Assembly: GCA_963674965.2 (NCBI GenBank)
Contig: CAXXFL010000005.1
Location: forward strand, 704,001-768,000
Direction of reading: 5' to 3'
Length of the DNA: 64,000 nt
DNA from: a bacterium
GTDB lineage: Bacteria > RBG-13-61-14 > DATKZS01
Part shown: positions 11,062 through 21,805 of the stretch, one piece after another
How the letters are laid out: the number at the start of each line of letters is the position of its first letter
Position numbering within the stretch: the first letter of the stretch is position 1
The notes under the pieces: generated by a model
Databases searched by the model: none
Seen by the model: the letters and a program-made list of their open reading frames with translations, nothing else
Told to the model about the DNA's origin: nothing
Position numbers and translations under genes: made by a program

Positions 11062-13199
11062 GCGGCTTGTCCTTTTTGCACGTGGGCCTTCTTTTGGGAG
11101 CGCTGGGAGTGGCCGCGCCCATCATCATCCACTTCATCTTCCGGCGCCGGGCCAAGGTCGTGGGCTTCCCCCCCATGCGCTTCGTTCTGCTCTCGTATAA
11201 AAAGGTGGCCCGGCGGCTATTGCTTCGCGAGTATCTTCTTCTGGCCGCTCGCTGTCTGATGGTATTGTTTCTCGCCCTGGCCCTGGCCGCTCCCGTTATC
11301 AGCCGCGTGTCCCGGGGCCTGGCCCGGGGAGAGAAACCCCTGGCCGCGGTAATGATTATCGACGGGTCCCCCTCCATGTGGAGAAAGGCGGGCAAGGCGA
11401 GCCTTTTCGAGACGGCCAGAGAAACGGCCTCGGACTGGATCGGGTCCCTGGCCGACGGCGACCGGGCCGGCGTGATCGACGCCTCGCGCCTGACCTCGAT
11501 CGGGCTTTTAAAAGACCCGGGTGACGCGATAAAAGCCGTCGGCGAATTGACCCCGTCCTACTCGACCGCCCGCCTGGTCGAGGCCGTTTCTCTGGCCTCG
11601 AGCCAACTGGCCGGGGCCGAGGGCCACGACCGGGTCGTCATCGTCTTTACCGACCTCCAGGCTTCTTCCTGGACCGGGGCCTGGACCGGAGGCGACTCCG
11701 TCCCCATCCGGGTGGTGGACATGTCCGAGGGCCTGGTCCCCCGGAACGTTTCCATTGACGGACTCGAGGTCAAGCGGCGGTCCCTGGCCAGGGAGGAGGC
11801 CGCGATTATAACCGCCAAGATAAAAAACCACGGCGAGGTGGACGAGAGGCGAACGCTGGTCAGGGTCGCCATGGGTGGCCAGACCGCCGCCCAGGGGTTC
11901 GTGGACTTGACCGCGGGAGACGAGGTGGAAAAGGAGCAGGTCATTACCGACGCGCCCGGCGGGGCCGGCGTGGTCACCATCGAGGTGGACGACGGCATGA
12001 CCGCGGACAACTCCGCCTACTTCATGCTCTCGGGCGGGCAGAAGGTCAGGGCGCTGTTGGTGGACGGGGACCCGGGCACGGGATACCTCGAGAGCGAGAC
12101 CTATTTTCTCGAGCAGGCCCTGGACCCGAGGCTGTACGCCAAGTCGAGGGTCCAGCCCGCGGGCGCGACCCCGGCCGAGCTCAACGAGGCCAACCTCGAC
12201 GATTACCAGGTCCTGATCCTGGCCAACGTCGAGGCGGTCCCCCCCCGGACCGCGGCCAAAATAAAAGCTTTCGTCGAGAAGGGGGGAGGACTCCTGTTCA
12301 CCCTCGGCGACCGCGTCCGGGAATCGACCTATAACGAGATATGGAAAGACCTGCTGCCCCGCGAGCTGAGAGGAGTCAAGCTGGCCTACGCCGGGGCCAC
12401 GGGCGCCGACGAGGACAAGGTCATGCATCTTGACTCCTCGATCCTGGCGGGCTCGAGGCATCCGGCCCTCGCCCTCTTTTCCGACCCCGGCCAGGGCGAC
12501 CTGGGACTGGCGGGCTTCTGGAAATATTTCCTCATGCAGCAGGAGGTCGGATCGGAGGGCGAGGTACTGCTTCGTCTGACCGACGGCGCTCCCATTCTGG
12601 TCGAGAAGAAATATGGAAGAGGAAAGGTCATGCTCTTCGCCGGCACGGCCGACAGGGCCTGGAACGACCTTTGCGTGCATCCGACTTACCTTCCCCTTTT
12701 CCAGCAGATCGTCAGGTACCTGGGCGACGCCCTGGTCGAGGAGGACTCGGGAAAAATGGCGGCGGGCGTGGTGCTCAAGATTCCCGTCGCGACCGACGTG
12801 ACGGGCGCCCGGGTGAAGGGCCCGGACGGCGCGGCCCGGGACGCGGAGCTTATCGAGGACGCGGGCAGGAAGAGCCTGCGCGTGGTGGATACCGAGCTTC
12901 CCGGCGTGTATCGGGTAAGGTTCGCTCGAGGGGGGGGCAGGCCGCCGGCGTCGTTTGACGACGAACGGGCCGACGCGACCATCGTCCTCAACCTCGACCC
13001 CGCCGAGTCGGACCTGACCAAGTTGGGAAAGGCTGAAATCGAATCCAGGGTCAAGTCCGGGAACGTGACCGTCACCGCGGCCGACGAGCCCCTCGAGGCC
13101 TCCGGCCAGGAGTCGGAGGAAAAGGTACCCTTCGCCTGGCTCTTCCTTTACCTCATGGTGGGCGCCCTCATCATCGAGCGGGCCTTGATGAAAAGCTGA
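11058..13199 (+). CDS. BatA-domain / vWA membrane protein
   Basis: True start ATG 11058 (MSGLSFL; the ORF-track extension overlaps DUF58); PIIIH..RRR...FP.MRF; DGSPSM; VFTDLQ; ESDL near C-terminal TM. Confidence 0.88.
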   Translation: MSGLSFLHVGLLLGALGVAAPIIIHFIFRRRAKVVGFPPMRFVLLSYKKVARRLLLREYLLLAARCLMVLFLALALAAPVISRVSRGLARGEKPLAAVMIIDGSPSMWRKAGKASLFETARETASDWIGSLADGDRAGVIDASRLTSIGLLKDPGDAIKAVGELTPSYSTARLVEAVSLASSQLAGAEGHDRVVIVFTDLQASSWTGAWTGGDSVPIRVVDMSEGLVPRNVSIDGLEVKRRSLAREEAAIITAKIKNHGEVDERRTLVRVAMGGQTAAQGFVDLTAGDEVEKEQVITDAPGGAGVVTIEVDDGMTADNSAYFMLSGGQKVRALLVDGDPGTGYLESETYFLEQALDPRLYAKSRVQPAGATPAELNEANLDDYQVLILANVEAVPPRTAAKIKAFVEKGGGLLFTLGDRVRESTYNEIWKDLLPRELRGVKLAYAGATGADEDKVMHLDSSILAGSRHPALALFSDPGQGDLGLAGFWKYFLMQQEVGSEGEVLLRLTDGAPILVEKKYGRGKVMLFAGTADRAWNDLCVHPTYLPLFQQIVRYLGDALVEEDSGKMAAGVVLKIPVATDVTGARVKGPDGAARDAELIEDAGRKSLRVVDTELPGVYRVRFARGGGRPPASFDDERADATIVLNLDPAESDLTKLGKAEIESRVKSGNVTVTAADEPLEASGQESEEKVPFAWLFLYLMVGALIIERALMKS

Positions 13200-13213
13200 C
13201 GGCGGAGATTTAA

Positions 13214-14131
13214 ATGAGCAAGAAGGATATAAAGAAGGAACCCGGCGAAGGGAACGGAGCGAGAAAAAGGGAGGGCCTTTCCCGACGCGAGGCGGCCCTT
13301 CTTTGCGGGGCCGGGGCGCTGGGCGCCTTCGCCTCTTTAAAAGCCGGTCTCGCCCAGACCGACCCCTTTGGCGACCCGGGAGGAAGGAACGGACGAGGGG
13401 CCAGTCCCTTTCCCAGGCGCTTCGTTCCCCCCGCGGGTCCCGAGGTCCCCGAGCGGCCCACCTTCTTCTGGGCCCAGCTCATGTACGGGTCGGACCAGTC
13501 ATGGAACCCCCATCCCACCGCGTGCCGGAGCCTGATCGAGATCATGGCCCCCCGCGCCAGCGTGCAGGCCTCGCCGGAACGGGTCGACTTGCGGCTCGAC
13601 TCTCCCCGGCTTTTCCGCTACCCCTTCCTGTATTGGACGGGCGACTCCGAGTTCGATCCGCTTCCGTCCGAGCACCTCGAGAGGCTCCGGCTCTACCTCG
13701 AGATGGGCGGCTTCCTCTTCGTGGACGACGCCCTGGCGGCCTCGGGCATCGGGTTCGACAAGTCCTTCCAGCGCGAGTTGAGCAGGATGTTTCCCGGCCG
13801 GTCCCTCCAGCGCCTTCCCGAGGACCACACCGTGTTCCAGTCCTATTACCTCATCGACCGGGTAGTGGGAAGGACCGTGAACCGGCCCTATTTGCTGGGA
13901 CTCGATCAGGGCGACCTGACCATGATTGTCTATTCGGGAAACGACATGGGAGGGTCTTGGGCCAAGGACCGGATGGGCAGGTGGATCGACCCGGTCGAGC
14001 CGGGCGGGACCCGGCAGCGGGAGACGTCCATCCGACTGGGCATTAACATAATCCTTTACGCGCTGTGCGCGAACTACAAAAAGGACCTTATTCACGTGCC
14101 CTTTATCTCCGAGCGCAGGAAGGGGCGGTAG
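13214..14131 (+). CDS. DUF4159 domain protein with a twin-arginine-like leader
   Basis: SRREAALL + hydrophobic stretch; YPFLYWTG, LR.YL..GGFLFVDD, YALC.NYKKD. Confidence 0.85.
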   Translation: MSKKDIKKEPGEGNGARKREGLSRREAALLCGAGALGAFASLKAGLAQTDPFGDPGGRNGRGASPFPRRFVPPAGPEVPERPTFFWAQLMYGSDQSWNPHPTACRSLIEIMAPRASVQASPERVDLRLDSPRLFRYPFLYWTGDSEFDPLPSEHLERLRLYLEMGGFLFVDDALAASGIGFDKSFQRELSRMFPGRSLQRLPEDHTVFQSYYLIDRVVGRTVNRPYLLGLDQGDLTMIVYSGNDMGGSWAKDRMGRWIDPVEPGGTRQRETSIRLGINIILYALCANYKKDLIHVPFISERRKGR

Positions 14132-14135
14132 CGCC

Positions 14136-16454
14136 GTGTTCGATCTTCTCAAGGGCCTGGGCGTGGACGTGAGCGGCTTCGACCGCTGGGGCCTGGCTTT
14201 TCCCGGCCTCGAGGGCGCGTGGCCCTGGATCATGCTGGCGGCGGCCCTGGCCGCGGGCGTCGCCTGGACCTGGTCCTCCGTCAAGGAGGTAACGGGCGCG
14301 AGCAGGATCGGCCTGGCAATCCTTCAGACCCTTATACTGGTCTTGTTGCTCGGGATTTTCGCCCGGCCCGTTATTCGGCTTGGCAAGGCCTCCAAAATCA
14401 AGGACCGGGTGGTCGTTTTGCTGGACGAGTCCGAAAGCATGGGCCTTCCCTCCGGCGACCCGGAACTGACCCGGCTCGAGGCGGCTCGAAAATTCATCGA
14501 CAAGAACGAGGGCTTTTTTGACGACCTCGAAAAGAAGTACGCCGTCTCCTATTTCGGCTTCGACCTGGCCGTGAGAGAGCGCGGCCGCGACCAGTGGCCC
14601 GACTCCCCGGAGGGAAGCGGCACCGACCTTTTATCGGCCCTTTCCCGCTCGGGCGGCGGGGCCTCTCCCCTGGCCGGGGTGGTCATCGTCTCGGACGGAG
14701 CGGACACCGAGCGGATCGGGCGGGCGGCCAGGGACAAGGTGAAAGCGGGCGTGAAAAGGGCGCTCGAGGGTTTTCCCGCGCCGGTCAACTCGGTGTCCCT
14801 CGGCGGGGCCTCGGACCAGGCGGACCTGTCCATCGTCAAGGCGGCCCGCGACGACTACGGTTTCGTCCACAACCCCTTCCAGGTGGTGGTGCGGGTCCGG
14901 TCCGAGGGAGGAGCGGCCGACCGGGTCCCGGTCATCTTCAAGCAGGGGGCCAAGACCTTGGCGAGCAAGACCGTGGTCATTCCCCCCGGCGAGACCGAGG
15001 CCGAGGCCGAGCTTTCCTTTACTCCCCGGCAGGTGGGGGAGTTCATGTTTTCGGTCGAGGTCCCGGCCGTAAAGGGCGAGCTGACGGAGCGCAACAACGT
15101 GGTCCGGTTTCCCCTCAAGGTCCTGCGCGACAAGGTTCGGGTCCTCTTCATCGTGGGCAACCCCTCTTGGGACGAGCGCTTCCTGCGGCGGGCGCTCAAG
15201 AAGAACCCGTCGGTGGACCTGGTCAGCTTTTACATTCTGCGCGAGCACTGGGACGACTACGAGGCGCGTCAACAAGAGGTTTCCCTTATCGCCTTTCCCA
15301 CGGACGAGCTGTTCACGGAGGAGCTCAACTCCTTCGACCTGGTGATATGGCAGAATTTTCGCGGCCCCTTTTACATGTACGGCAAGTACGAGGAGTACAT
15401 GTCCAACCTGTACTCCTTCGTGAGGGAGAGGGGAGGGGCCCTTCTCATGATCGGGGGGCAAAGGGGATACTTCGGCGACGGCCGGCTGGACCCGAAGCTC
15501 CTGGACCTCCTTCCCGTGGTCCCGGTCAACGATGTCCCCAACTACGAGGAGGGCGAGTTCAAGGCCCGTCTGACCGAGGCGGGCAAGCGGCACCCGATCA
15601 TGGAGGTTGGGGAGGGGGGAGACGATCCCTCGGCCGCCTGGGCCGCCATGCCCGAGTTGGAGGGCTACAACCGGGTGGCGGGACCGGCCCCCGACTCGGT
15701 GGTCCTTCTCGAGCACCCCTTCGAGAAGGAGGGGGAAAATCCCTTGCCCATCCTGGCGGTCCGTGAGGTCGGGGAAGGGCGGGTGATGGCGGTCATGACC
15801 GACGAGTCGTGGGCCTGGAACTTCGCCGCCGTTGGCGAGGGTCTTTCCAACAAGCCCTATCAGCGCTTCTGGGAGAACTCGATCCGGTGGCTCCTGCGCG
15901 ACCCGGAGCTGAGGAGAGTGACCCTTGGATCGGACAAGGGCCAGGTGGCGCCGGGCGAACCCGTGACACTGGTCCTCGAGGTGTTGGACGACGGCTACCA
16001 GCCTACGGACGGGGCCACGCCGAAAATCGAGGTGATCGAAAGCCCCGCGGAGGACGCCGAACAAAAGCCCGAGCTGGAGAAGATCGGCGTGGGCAAGTAC
16101 AGGGTCACGATCGCGCCGGCGGCCCAGGGAGGATACAGGCTCCGGGCCTCGGCGACCCTGAACGGAAGGTCCCTTGGCTATGACGACGCCCTCATCGAGT
16201 CCTCACGCGACAACCGGGAATGGATAGACGTCTCGCCCCGGCCCGACGTCCTCGCGGCCATCGCGGCGGCCGCGGGTGGAGGGTCCATATCCTTCAGGGA
16301 CGGGACCGGCGCTCTCGAGTTCAAGGACACGGGCGAGGAGATAATCACGGGAACGATGGACCTTCCCCTTTGGGACAACTGGCCCACCTTTGGCCTTAGC
16401 TTTTCTCTTATGGTCGCGTGTTGGTATCTTCGCAGGAAGTGGGGACTGAGATAA
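14136..16454 (+). CDS. Membrane protein with vWA and glutamine-amidotransferase-like domains
   Basis: DESESM, SDG, PSWDERFLRRAL, FVRERGGALLMIGG, GEGRV...SW.W, C-terminal LRRKWGL. Confidence 0.85.
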   Translation: MFDLLKGLGVDVSGFDRWGLAFPGLEGAWPWIMLAAALAAGVAWTWSSVKEVTGASRIGLAILQTLILVLLLGIFARPVIRLGKASKIKDRVVVLLDESESMGLPSGDPELTRLEAARKFIDKNEGFFDDLEKKYAVSYFGFDLAVRERGRDQWPDSPEGSGTDLLSALSRSGGGASPLAGVVIVSDGADTERIGRAARDKVKAGVKRALEGFPAPVNSVSLGGASDQADLSIVKAARDDYGFVHNPFQVVVRVRSEGGAADRVPVIFKQGAKTLASKTVVIPPGETEAEAELSFTPRQVGEFMFSVEVPAVKGELTERNNVVRFPLKVLRDKVRVLFIVGNPSWDERFLRRALKKNPSVDLVSFYILREHWDDYEARQQEVSLIAFPTDELFTEELNSFDLVIWQNFRGPFYMYGKYEEYMSNLYSFVRERGGALLMIGGQRGYFGDGRLDPKLLDLLPVVPVNDVPNYEEGEFKARLTEAGKRHPIMEVGEGGDDPSAAWAAMPELEGYNRVAGPAPDSVVLLEHPFEKEGENPLPILAVREVGEGRVMAVMTDESWAWNFAAVGEGLSNKPYQRFWENSIRWLLRDPELRRVTLGSDKGQVAPGEPVTLVLEVLDDGYQPTDGATPKIEVIESPAEDAEQKPELEKIGVGKYRVTIAPAAQGGYRLRASATLNGRSLGYDDALIESSRDNREWIDVSPRPDVLAAIAAAAGGGSISFRDGTGALEFKDTGEEIITGTMDLPLWDNWPTFGLSFSLMVACWYLRRKWGLR

Positions 16455-16474
16455 GCCCCGGGCCGTTTGGGCCG

Positions 16475-17329
16475 TCAGTCCCGTCCCCTGGCCAGGGCCT
16501 TGTATTTTTCGATGATCTTGGAAGTGACGGGTCCGATCCTTCCCGATCCCACGGGGTTCCCGTCAACCGACTGGATGGGCGCTATCTCGACGACGGAGTT
16601 GGTCATAAATGCCTCCTCCGCTCCCGCCAGCATGATGGGCGAGAAGAAGTCCCGCCTGATTTTCAGGCCCATGCCCAGGGCCAGCTCGAGGACCACCTTG
16701 CGCGTGACCCCGCAAAGGATGGGGGCCGCGTCGGGCGGAGTAAACAACTGCCCGTACTGAACAACGAAGATATTGCCCGTCGTCATGGCGGCCACGTTGC
16801 CTTTTTCATCCAGCAACATGGCCTCGTCGGCGCCCTTTTGCTCGGCCTCCTGCCTGGCGATCATGTGCGGAAGCCGGTTTAAGGTCTTGTGTTTGAAGAT
16901 GGGGTTGTTGTCGGAGGACCTGATGGAAGTGGACGCGGCGCGGATGGTTTTGACCTCGCCCTCCAAAAAGGACGCGGGAAGGGGCTCGGCCGTTACCAGC
17001 GCCGTGGGCCGCCCGGCCTTGGGAATGCCCATCGAGCCGCCGTGCATTCCCCTGCTGACGGTGATCCTGATCCTGGCGTCGGGACATCCGTTCTTTTCCA
17101 TGAGCGCCTGGGCCGCCTTACCCAGGTCCTCCTCGTCGTCCTGGGCAAGGTTGAGCTCGGCCCTGGACCTGGCCAGACGTTGCAGGTGGTCCTCGAGCCG
17201 GAAGATTTCGCCGCCGTAGGAGCGCATGGTCTCGAACAGGCCGTCGCCAAGGAGGAAGCCGCGGTCAAAGACGCTTACCCTGGCCTCGTCGGCGTTGATG
17301 GTTTTCCCGTTCAGGTACACGAGGGACAA
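16475..17329 (-). CDS. Class IV PLP aminotransferase (IlvE/PabC/Dat family)
   Basis: DRGFLLGDGLFETMR, HKTLN, ILCGVTR, EAFMTNS. Confidence 0.92.
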   Translation of the reverse strand: MSLVYLNGKTINADEARVSVFDRGFLLGDGLFETMRSYGGEIFRLEDHLQRLARSRAELNLAQDDEEDLGKAAQALMEKNGCPDARIRITVSRGMHGGSMGIPKAGRPTALVTAEPLPASFLEGEVKTIRAASTSIRSSDNNPIFKHKTLNRLPHMIARQEAEQKGADEAMLLDEKGNVAAMTTGNIFVVQYGQLFTPPDAAPILCGVTRKVVLELALGMGLKIRRDFFSPIMLAGAEEAFMTNSVVEIAPIQSVDGNPVGSGRIGPVTSKIIEKYKALARGRD

Positions 17330-17339
17330 AGCGCTTTAC

Positions 17340-18437
17340 CTATCCGTCCGAGCTGGATTTGTTTTGGCGCGATTCCAGGGCCATGGCTTTCACGTTCTCG
17401 ACGATCCAGCTTACAACCTTGTCCCGCCCGATTTCACCGGCCCTCTTGCCCCGAAGATAAAGCTGTATGCCCTTGGGCGTTCCCACCGCCCCGACGTCGG
17501 CGTGCCGGGCCTCGCCGGGACCGTTGACGCCGCATCCCATCACGGCCACCCGCAGTCTTTCCGGCACCTGGGCCAGCTTCTTCTCGACGGCGGAGGCGGT
17601 CTTAAAGACGTCCATCCCGGCGCGGGCGCAGGTGGGACAGGCGATGACCTCGACGCCCCTTTCCCGGACTCCCACCGAGGCGAGGATGCCGTAGGCGGCC
17701 CTTATCTCCTCGGCCGGGTCCGCCGCCAGGGACACGCGGATGGTGTCTCCGATGCCCTCGGCCAGGAGCATGCCGATGCCGGCGGCCGACTTGATCAAGC
17801 CGGAAAAGGCCGTGCCCGCCTCGGTCACGCCCAAATGGAGCGGGTAATCCCGGACCCCGCTCATGCGCCGGTAGGACTCGACCGTGGTCATAACGTCCGA
17901 GGCCTTGAGGGATATCTTGATCGCCTCGAACCCCAACTCCTCGAGAAGCTCGACGTGGCTCATGGCGCTCTCGACCATGGCCGCGGGAACGTCACCGCCG
18001 TGCTTTTCCCTTACGTCCCTGGCGATGGAGCCGGCGTTCACGCCCACCCGGATGGGAATGGAGGCGGACGAGGCCGCTCGCACGACCTCCTTGAGGGCCT
18101 TTTTGTTCCGGATGTTGCCCGGGTTAAGTCTCAGGCCGTGGACCCCGGAGTCGATCGAGGCCAGGGCCAGGTTCGGGTCGAAATGTATGTCGGCCACCAC
18201 CGGCAGGGGGGACTTCGAGACGATGGCCGCCAGGGACTTCGCGCTCTCCAGGTCGGGAACGGCCACCCGGATGATCTCGCATCCGGCGCGGGCCAGTTTT
18301 TTTATTTGCCGCAGGGTTTTTTCCGCGTCGCTGGTGGGGGCGGTGGTCATGGACTGGACAACCACTGGCGCGTCTCCGCCGACAAGAACGCCGCCGATGT
18401 TCACCGTTTTAGTCGGACGTCTTTGTGGCCTCGCCAT
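17340..18437 (-). CDS. ispG: 4-hydroxy-3-methylbut-2-enyl diphosphate synthase
   Basis: VQSMT, ADIHF, RLNPGNI, PLHLGVTEAG, CPTCAR, MGCGVNGPGE. Confidence 0.97.
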   Translation of the reverse strand: MARPQRRPTKTVNIGGVLVGGDAPVVVQSMTTAPTSDAEKTLRQIKKLARAGCEIIRVAVPDLESAKSLAAIVSKSPLPVVADIHFDPNLALASIDSGVHGLRLNPGNIRNKKALKEVVRAASSASIPIRVGVNAGSIARDVREKHGGDVPAAMVESAMSHVELLEELGFEAIKISLKASDVMTTVESYRRMSGVRDYPLHLGVTEAGTAFSGLIKSAAGIGMLLAEGIGDTIRVSLAADPAEEIRAAYGILASVGVRERGVEVIACPTCARAGMDVFKTASAVEKKLAQVPERLRVAVMGCGVNGPGEARHADVGAVGTPKGIQLYLRGKRAGEIGRDKVVSWIVENVKAMALESRQNKSSSDG

Positions 18438-18503
18438 ATTTTCTCCGTAAAAGGGACGATCAAAAGCGGATAAGTAAAGCCCCGCTCCTGGCCGCGGAAA
18501 AGA

Positions 18504-18806
18504 TTATTTTTCGTCTTCCGGGTGAAGAGATATTTCGTCGGGATGCTTTTGGGCCCCGGGGATGACGTCGAATTGATGTCCGCAATGCTGACAAACGGAC
18601 CTTCTTCTATCGATGATGTTCTTGCAGTCCGGGCACCTGCGGCCGCTTCTTTTTTTGCGTTTTTCGTTCTCTTTCCTGCGGTGATAGGTCCTTTCGGACT
18701 CGTACTTCTTTTTTTTCGCGAGGATGGCTCCCCTCGCGTACCAGGCAACGGCCATGAGGTAAGCGATCACCATCACGATGAGGGCTATATCCGTCCAACT
18801 AAACAC
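18504..18806 (-). CDS. Small membrane-anchored zinc-ribbon protein
   Basis: N-terminal TM; CPDC...CQHCG. Confidence 0.7.
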   Translation of the reverse strand: MFSWTDIALIVMVIAYLMAVAWYARGAILAKKKKYESERTYHRRKENEKRKKRSGRRCPDCKNIIDRRRSVCQHCGHQFDVIPGAQKHPDEISLHPEDEK

Positions 18807-18957
18807 GCTATAATGCCTCCCCCGTAAAAGTAAAGCGCGTCCCGAAGGCCACGCTTTGACCTTGAAGCCAATCCCGACTCATATGCCGTTAAAAAGGCGG
18901 AAAAATTTACGCCGCTAGATATGGTCTTTCGATTCGGTTAAATTATTATATAGCGTT

Positions 18958-20838
18958 ATGGCCAATAAAATCAAACTTCTTTCCGAGCGCGTGGCCAACC
19001 AGATCGCCGCCGGAGAGGTCGTGGACCGTCCGGCCTCGGTGGTCAAGGAGCTTATCGAGAACTCCCTGGACGCCGAGGCGGGCCGCATCGAGGTCGAGAT
19101 CGGGCGGGGCGGCAAGCGCTCGATCCGGGTTATCGACGACGGCCAGGGCATGAGCCGCGACGACGCCCTGCTTTGCCTCGAGCGCCACGCCACCAGCAAG
19201 GTCCGTAGCGGCGATGACCTTTTCCGCGTCTCGACCCTTGGTTTCCGGGGGGAGGCCATACCCAGCATCGCCTCGGTATCGAGAATGACCCTGGTGACTC
19301 GCGAAAGGGAAGCCGACTCGGGGATATCGGTCCGGGTCGAGGGAGGGACGGTAAAGTCGGTTTCCGAAACGGGGGCGCCCGCCGGCACGGAGATGCTGGT
19401 CGAGTCGCTTTTTTTCAACGTGCCGGCCAGGCGGAAATTTCTCAAGTCCATCGAGACCGAGTTCGGGCATATCGCCACTTTGGTCTCGAACGTGGCCCTG
19501 GCCCGTCCCGAGGTCCACCTTACTCTTTCCCACGACGGAAAGACCGTATTCGACATGCCCGCCTCCAACTCTCACTACGGAAGGCTGCGGCACGCCCTGG
19601 GGGCGGACGCCTTGAGACAACTGGTGGAGGTGGACGAGGCTTTCGGGGACGGGCCGCGCGTTCACGGCCACGTTTCGCTCCCGTCCTATACCAGGAGCTC
19701 GACCAGGAGCCTGCACCTTTTCGTTAACGGCAGGTTCGTGCGCGACCGCCTGATCAACCACGCGGTCTTCGAGGCTTATCGCTCGCTAATACCGAAGGGC
19801 CGTTATCCTTTGGTGGTTTTGTTTATCGACCTTCCCCCCGAGGCGGTCGACGTCAACGTTCATCCGGCCAAGCACGAGATAAGGTTCAGGGACCAGGCCG
19901 GGGTCCACGGCGCCGTGGTCGAGGCCATATCCTCGGCCATAAGGTCGGCGGACAGGGCCCTGGCCGGCGCGCCCGTTTTCAGGCCGGCGGTGGGTAGTGG
20001 TCCCGGCGGTCACCCAGGCCGCGGCCCTTGGCCCGCGGTCCATGGTTCTTCCTGCCCGCCTCGGGAGACGGGAGGGGACCACGCCGCGGATGGAGTAATG
20101 GACGCGCTAAGAAGGTTTGGCGAGAGGATGGAAAGAGGCGAGGTCCAGGCCGGTCCCGGGCTTTTCCGGCGCGAGGTATCGGGGACCGGGCGCCCCACCG
20201 AGGAGGACAATCCCCCCGATGTGGGGGAGGATACCTCCCCGATGGCGACCGCCGGGTTTTCTTTTTCCGACGCCCGCGTGATCGGCCAGGCCGCGGGGAG
20301 CTTCATCATCGTCGAGTCGGAGGACTCGCTGATTATTATCGACCAGCACGCGGCCCATGAACGGATCATGTTCGAGCGCCTGTGGCGCCAGTATAAGGAG
20401 GAGTCGATCGCGCGCCAGGCTTTATTGTTTCCCATAACGGTCGAGCTCAGCCGTGAGGAGGCCGGCCGTATCGAGGATAAACGCGACGCGCTTCTCGAGC
20501 TCGGCTTCGAGGTCGAGCCTTTTGGCGGCGGCACTCTGGCGGTCAAGGCCATACCGGCGGTGCTGGCGGGTTCGGATCCCGAGAAGCTGCTCCTCGAGGT
20601 CGTGGACAAGATGGGAAAATCCCGGGGGGCCGAGGGACTCACGGACCGCCTGGACGAGGTCTTTTCCCTTATGGCCTGCCATAGCGTGGTCCGCGCCAAC
20701 GAGTCTCTTTCCATGGAGGAGATAAAGCGCCTGCTGGCGGCCATGGACGAGGCGGACTTTCCCCGCCACTGCCCACACGGGAGGGACGCCGTGGTCAAGA
20801 TAGGCTTCAAGGAGCTGGCCAGGTGGTTTCAAAGATGA
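18958..20838 (+). CDS. mutL: DNA mismatch repair endonuclease MutL
   Basis: NQIAAGEVV, KELIENSLDA, GFRGEA, DVNVHP.K, DQHAAHER, ACH, CPHGR. Confidence 0.98.
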   Translation: MANKIKLLSERVANQIAAGEVVDRPASVVKELIENSLDAEAGRIEVEIGRGGKRSIRVIDDGQGMSRDDALLCLERHATSKVRSGDDLFRVSTLGFRGEAIPSIASVSRMTLVTREREADSGISVRVEGGTVKSVSETGAPAGTEMLVESLFFNVPARRKFLKSIETEFGHIATLVSNVALARPEVHLTLSHDGKTVFDMPASNSHYGRLRHALGADALRQLVEVDEAFGDGPRVHGHVSLPSYTRSSTRSLHLFVNGRFVRDRLINHAVFEAYRSLIPKGRYPLVVLFIDLPPEAVDVNVHPAKHEIRFRDQAGVHGAVVEAISSAIRSADRALAGAPVFRPAVGSGPGGHPGRGPWPAVHGSSCPPRETGGDHAADGVMDALRRFGERMERGEVQAGPGLFRREVSGTGRPTEEDNPPDVGEDTSPMATAGFSFSDARVIGQAAGSFIIVESEDSLIIIDQHAAHERIMFERLWRQYKEESIARQALLFPITVELSREEAGRIEDKRDALLELGFEVEPFGGGTLAVKAIPAVLAGSDPEKLLLEVVDKMGKSRGAEGLTDRLDEVFSLMACHSVVRANESLSMEEIKRLLAAMDEADFPRHCPHGRDAVVKIGFKELARWFQR

Positions 20839-21779
20839 ACCCCCCAAGGCCCAGGATTTTCATCATCACCGGGCCCACGGCCGCGGGCAAGACCAGGGCC
20901 TCCCTGGCCGCGGCCCACGCCCTCGAGAAGGCGGGGCTAAAACCCGTGATAATAAGCGCCGACTCGGTCCAGGTCTACCGCTACATGGACGTGGGCTCGG
21001 ACAAGCTCGGACCGGACAAAAGGGAGGGGGTCGAGCACCACATGATAGACGTGGTCGACCCGGACCAGACCTTCAGCGCGGCCGACTTCGCCAAAATGGC
21101 GGACGAGATTATCACCCACGCTTCCCGCGAGAACGGCGCGGTGTTGGTGGCCGGCGGCACGGGGTTTTACCTTCGCGTTCTCCTGCACGGACTTTTCTCC
21201 GGCCCGTCCCGCGACCAGGCGCTGAGGGAGAGGCTCATCGAGGAGGCCCGGGAGAAGGGCCTATCGGCGCTGCACGACCGGCTCAAGTCGCTGGACCCGG
21301 AGAGCGCCAGGCGCGTTCATCCCAACGACGGCTCGAGGATCGTGCGGGCCCTCGAGGTTTTCGAGCTGACGGGCCGGGCCATGACCGATCATTTCGAGGC
21401 CCAAAAAAAGGAAGGTCCCCGCTACCGCGCCCTGGCCGTGGGCCTGGAGATGGACCGGGACCTGGTTTACGAGAAGATCAACGAGAGGGTGGACTGTATG
21501 CTGGGGGCCGGGCTGATCGAGGAAGTAAGACGGCTTCGCGAGATGGGCTACGGCCCCGCTCTTCCCAGCCAGAAGGCCCTGGGATACCGGCAGGCCCACA
21601 TGCTCCTTGACGGCCTGATCGGCGAGGAGGAGGCGGCTTACCTGATTAAGAGAGATACCCGCCATTACGCGCGGCGCCAGCTTACCTGGCTGAGGAAGGA
21701 GAATCTCGAGTGGACGCCGGTCGATGAGGTGGAAAAGATAGCGGCCCGGGCCGTCGAGTTCCTGGCGGCGCCTGATTAA
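20835..21779 (+). CDS. miaA: tRNA dimethylallyltransferase
   Basis: GPTAAGKT, ISADSVQVY, GGTGFY, TRHYARRQ.TW; ATGA overlap with mutL. Confidence 0.96.
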   Translation: MNPPRPRIFIITGPTAAGKTRASLAAAHALEKAGLKPVIISADSVQVYRYMDVGSDKLGPDKREGVEHHMIDVVDPDQTFSAADFAKMADEIITHASRENGAVLVAGGTGFYLRVLLHGLFSGPSRDQALRERLIEEAREKGLSALHDRLKSLDPESARRVHPNDGSRIVRALEVFELTGRAMTDHFEAQKKEGPRYRALAVGLEMDRDLVYEKINERVDCMLGAGLIEEVRRLREMGYGPALPSQKALGYRQAHMLLDGLIGEEEAAYLIKRDTRHYARRQLTWLRKENLEWTPVDEVEKIAARAVEFLAAPD

Positions 21780-21805
21780 AGACGCTACCATCCCCTTTAG
21801 GCGGA

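Noticed and set aside
18958-21779. mutL-miaA overlap
   Set aside because: Common conserved arrangement.
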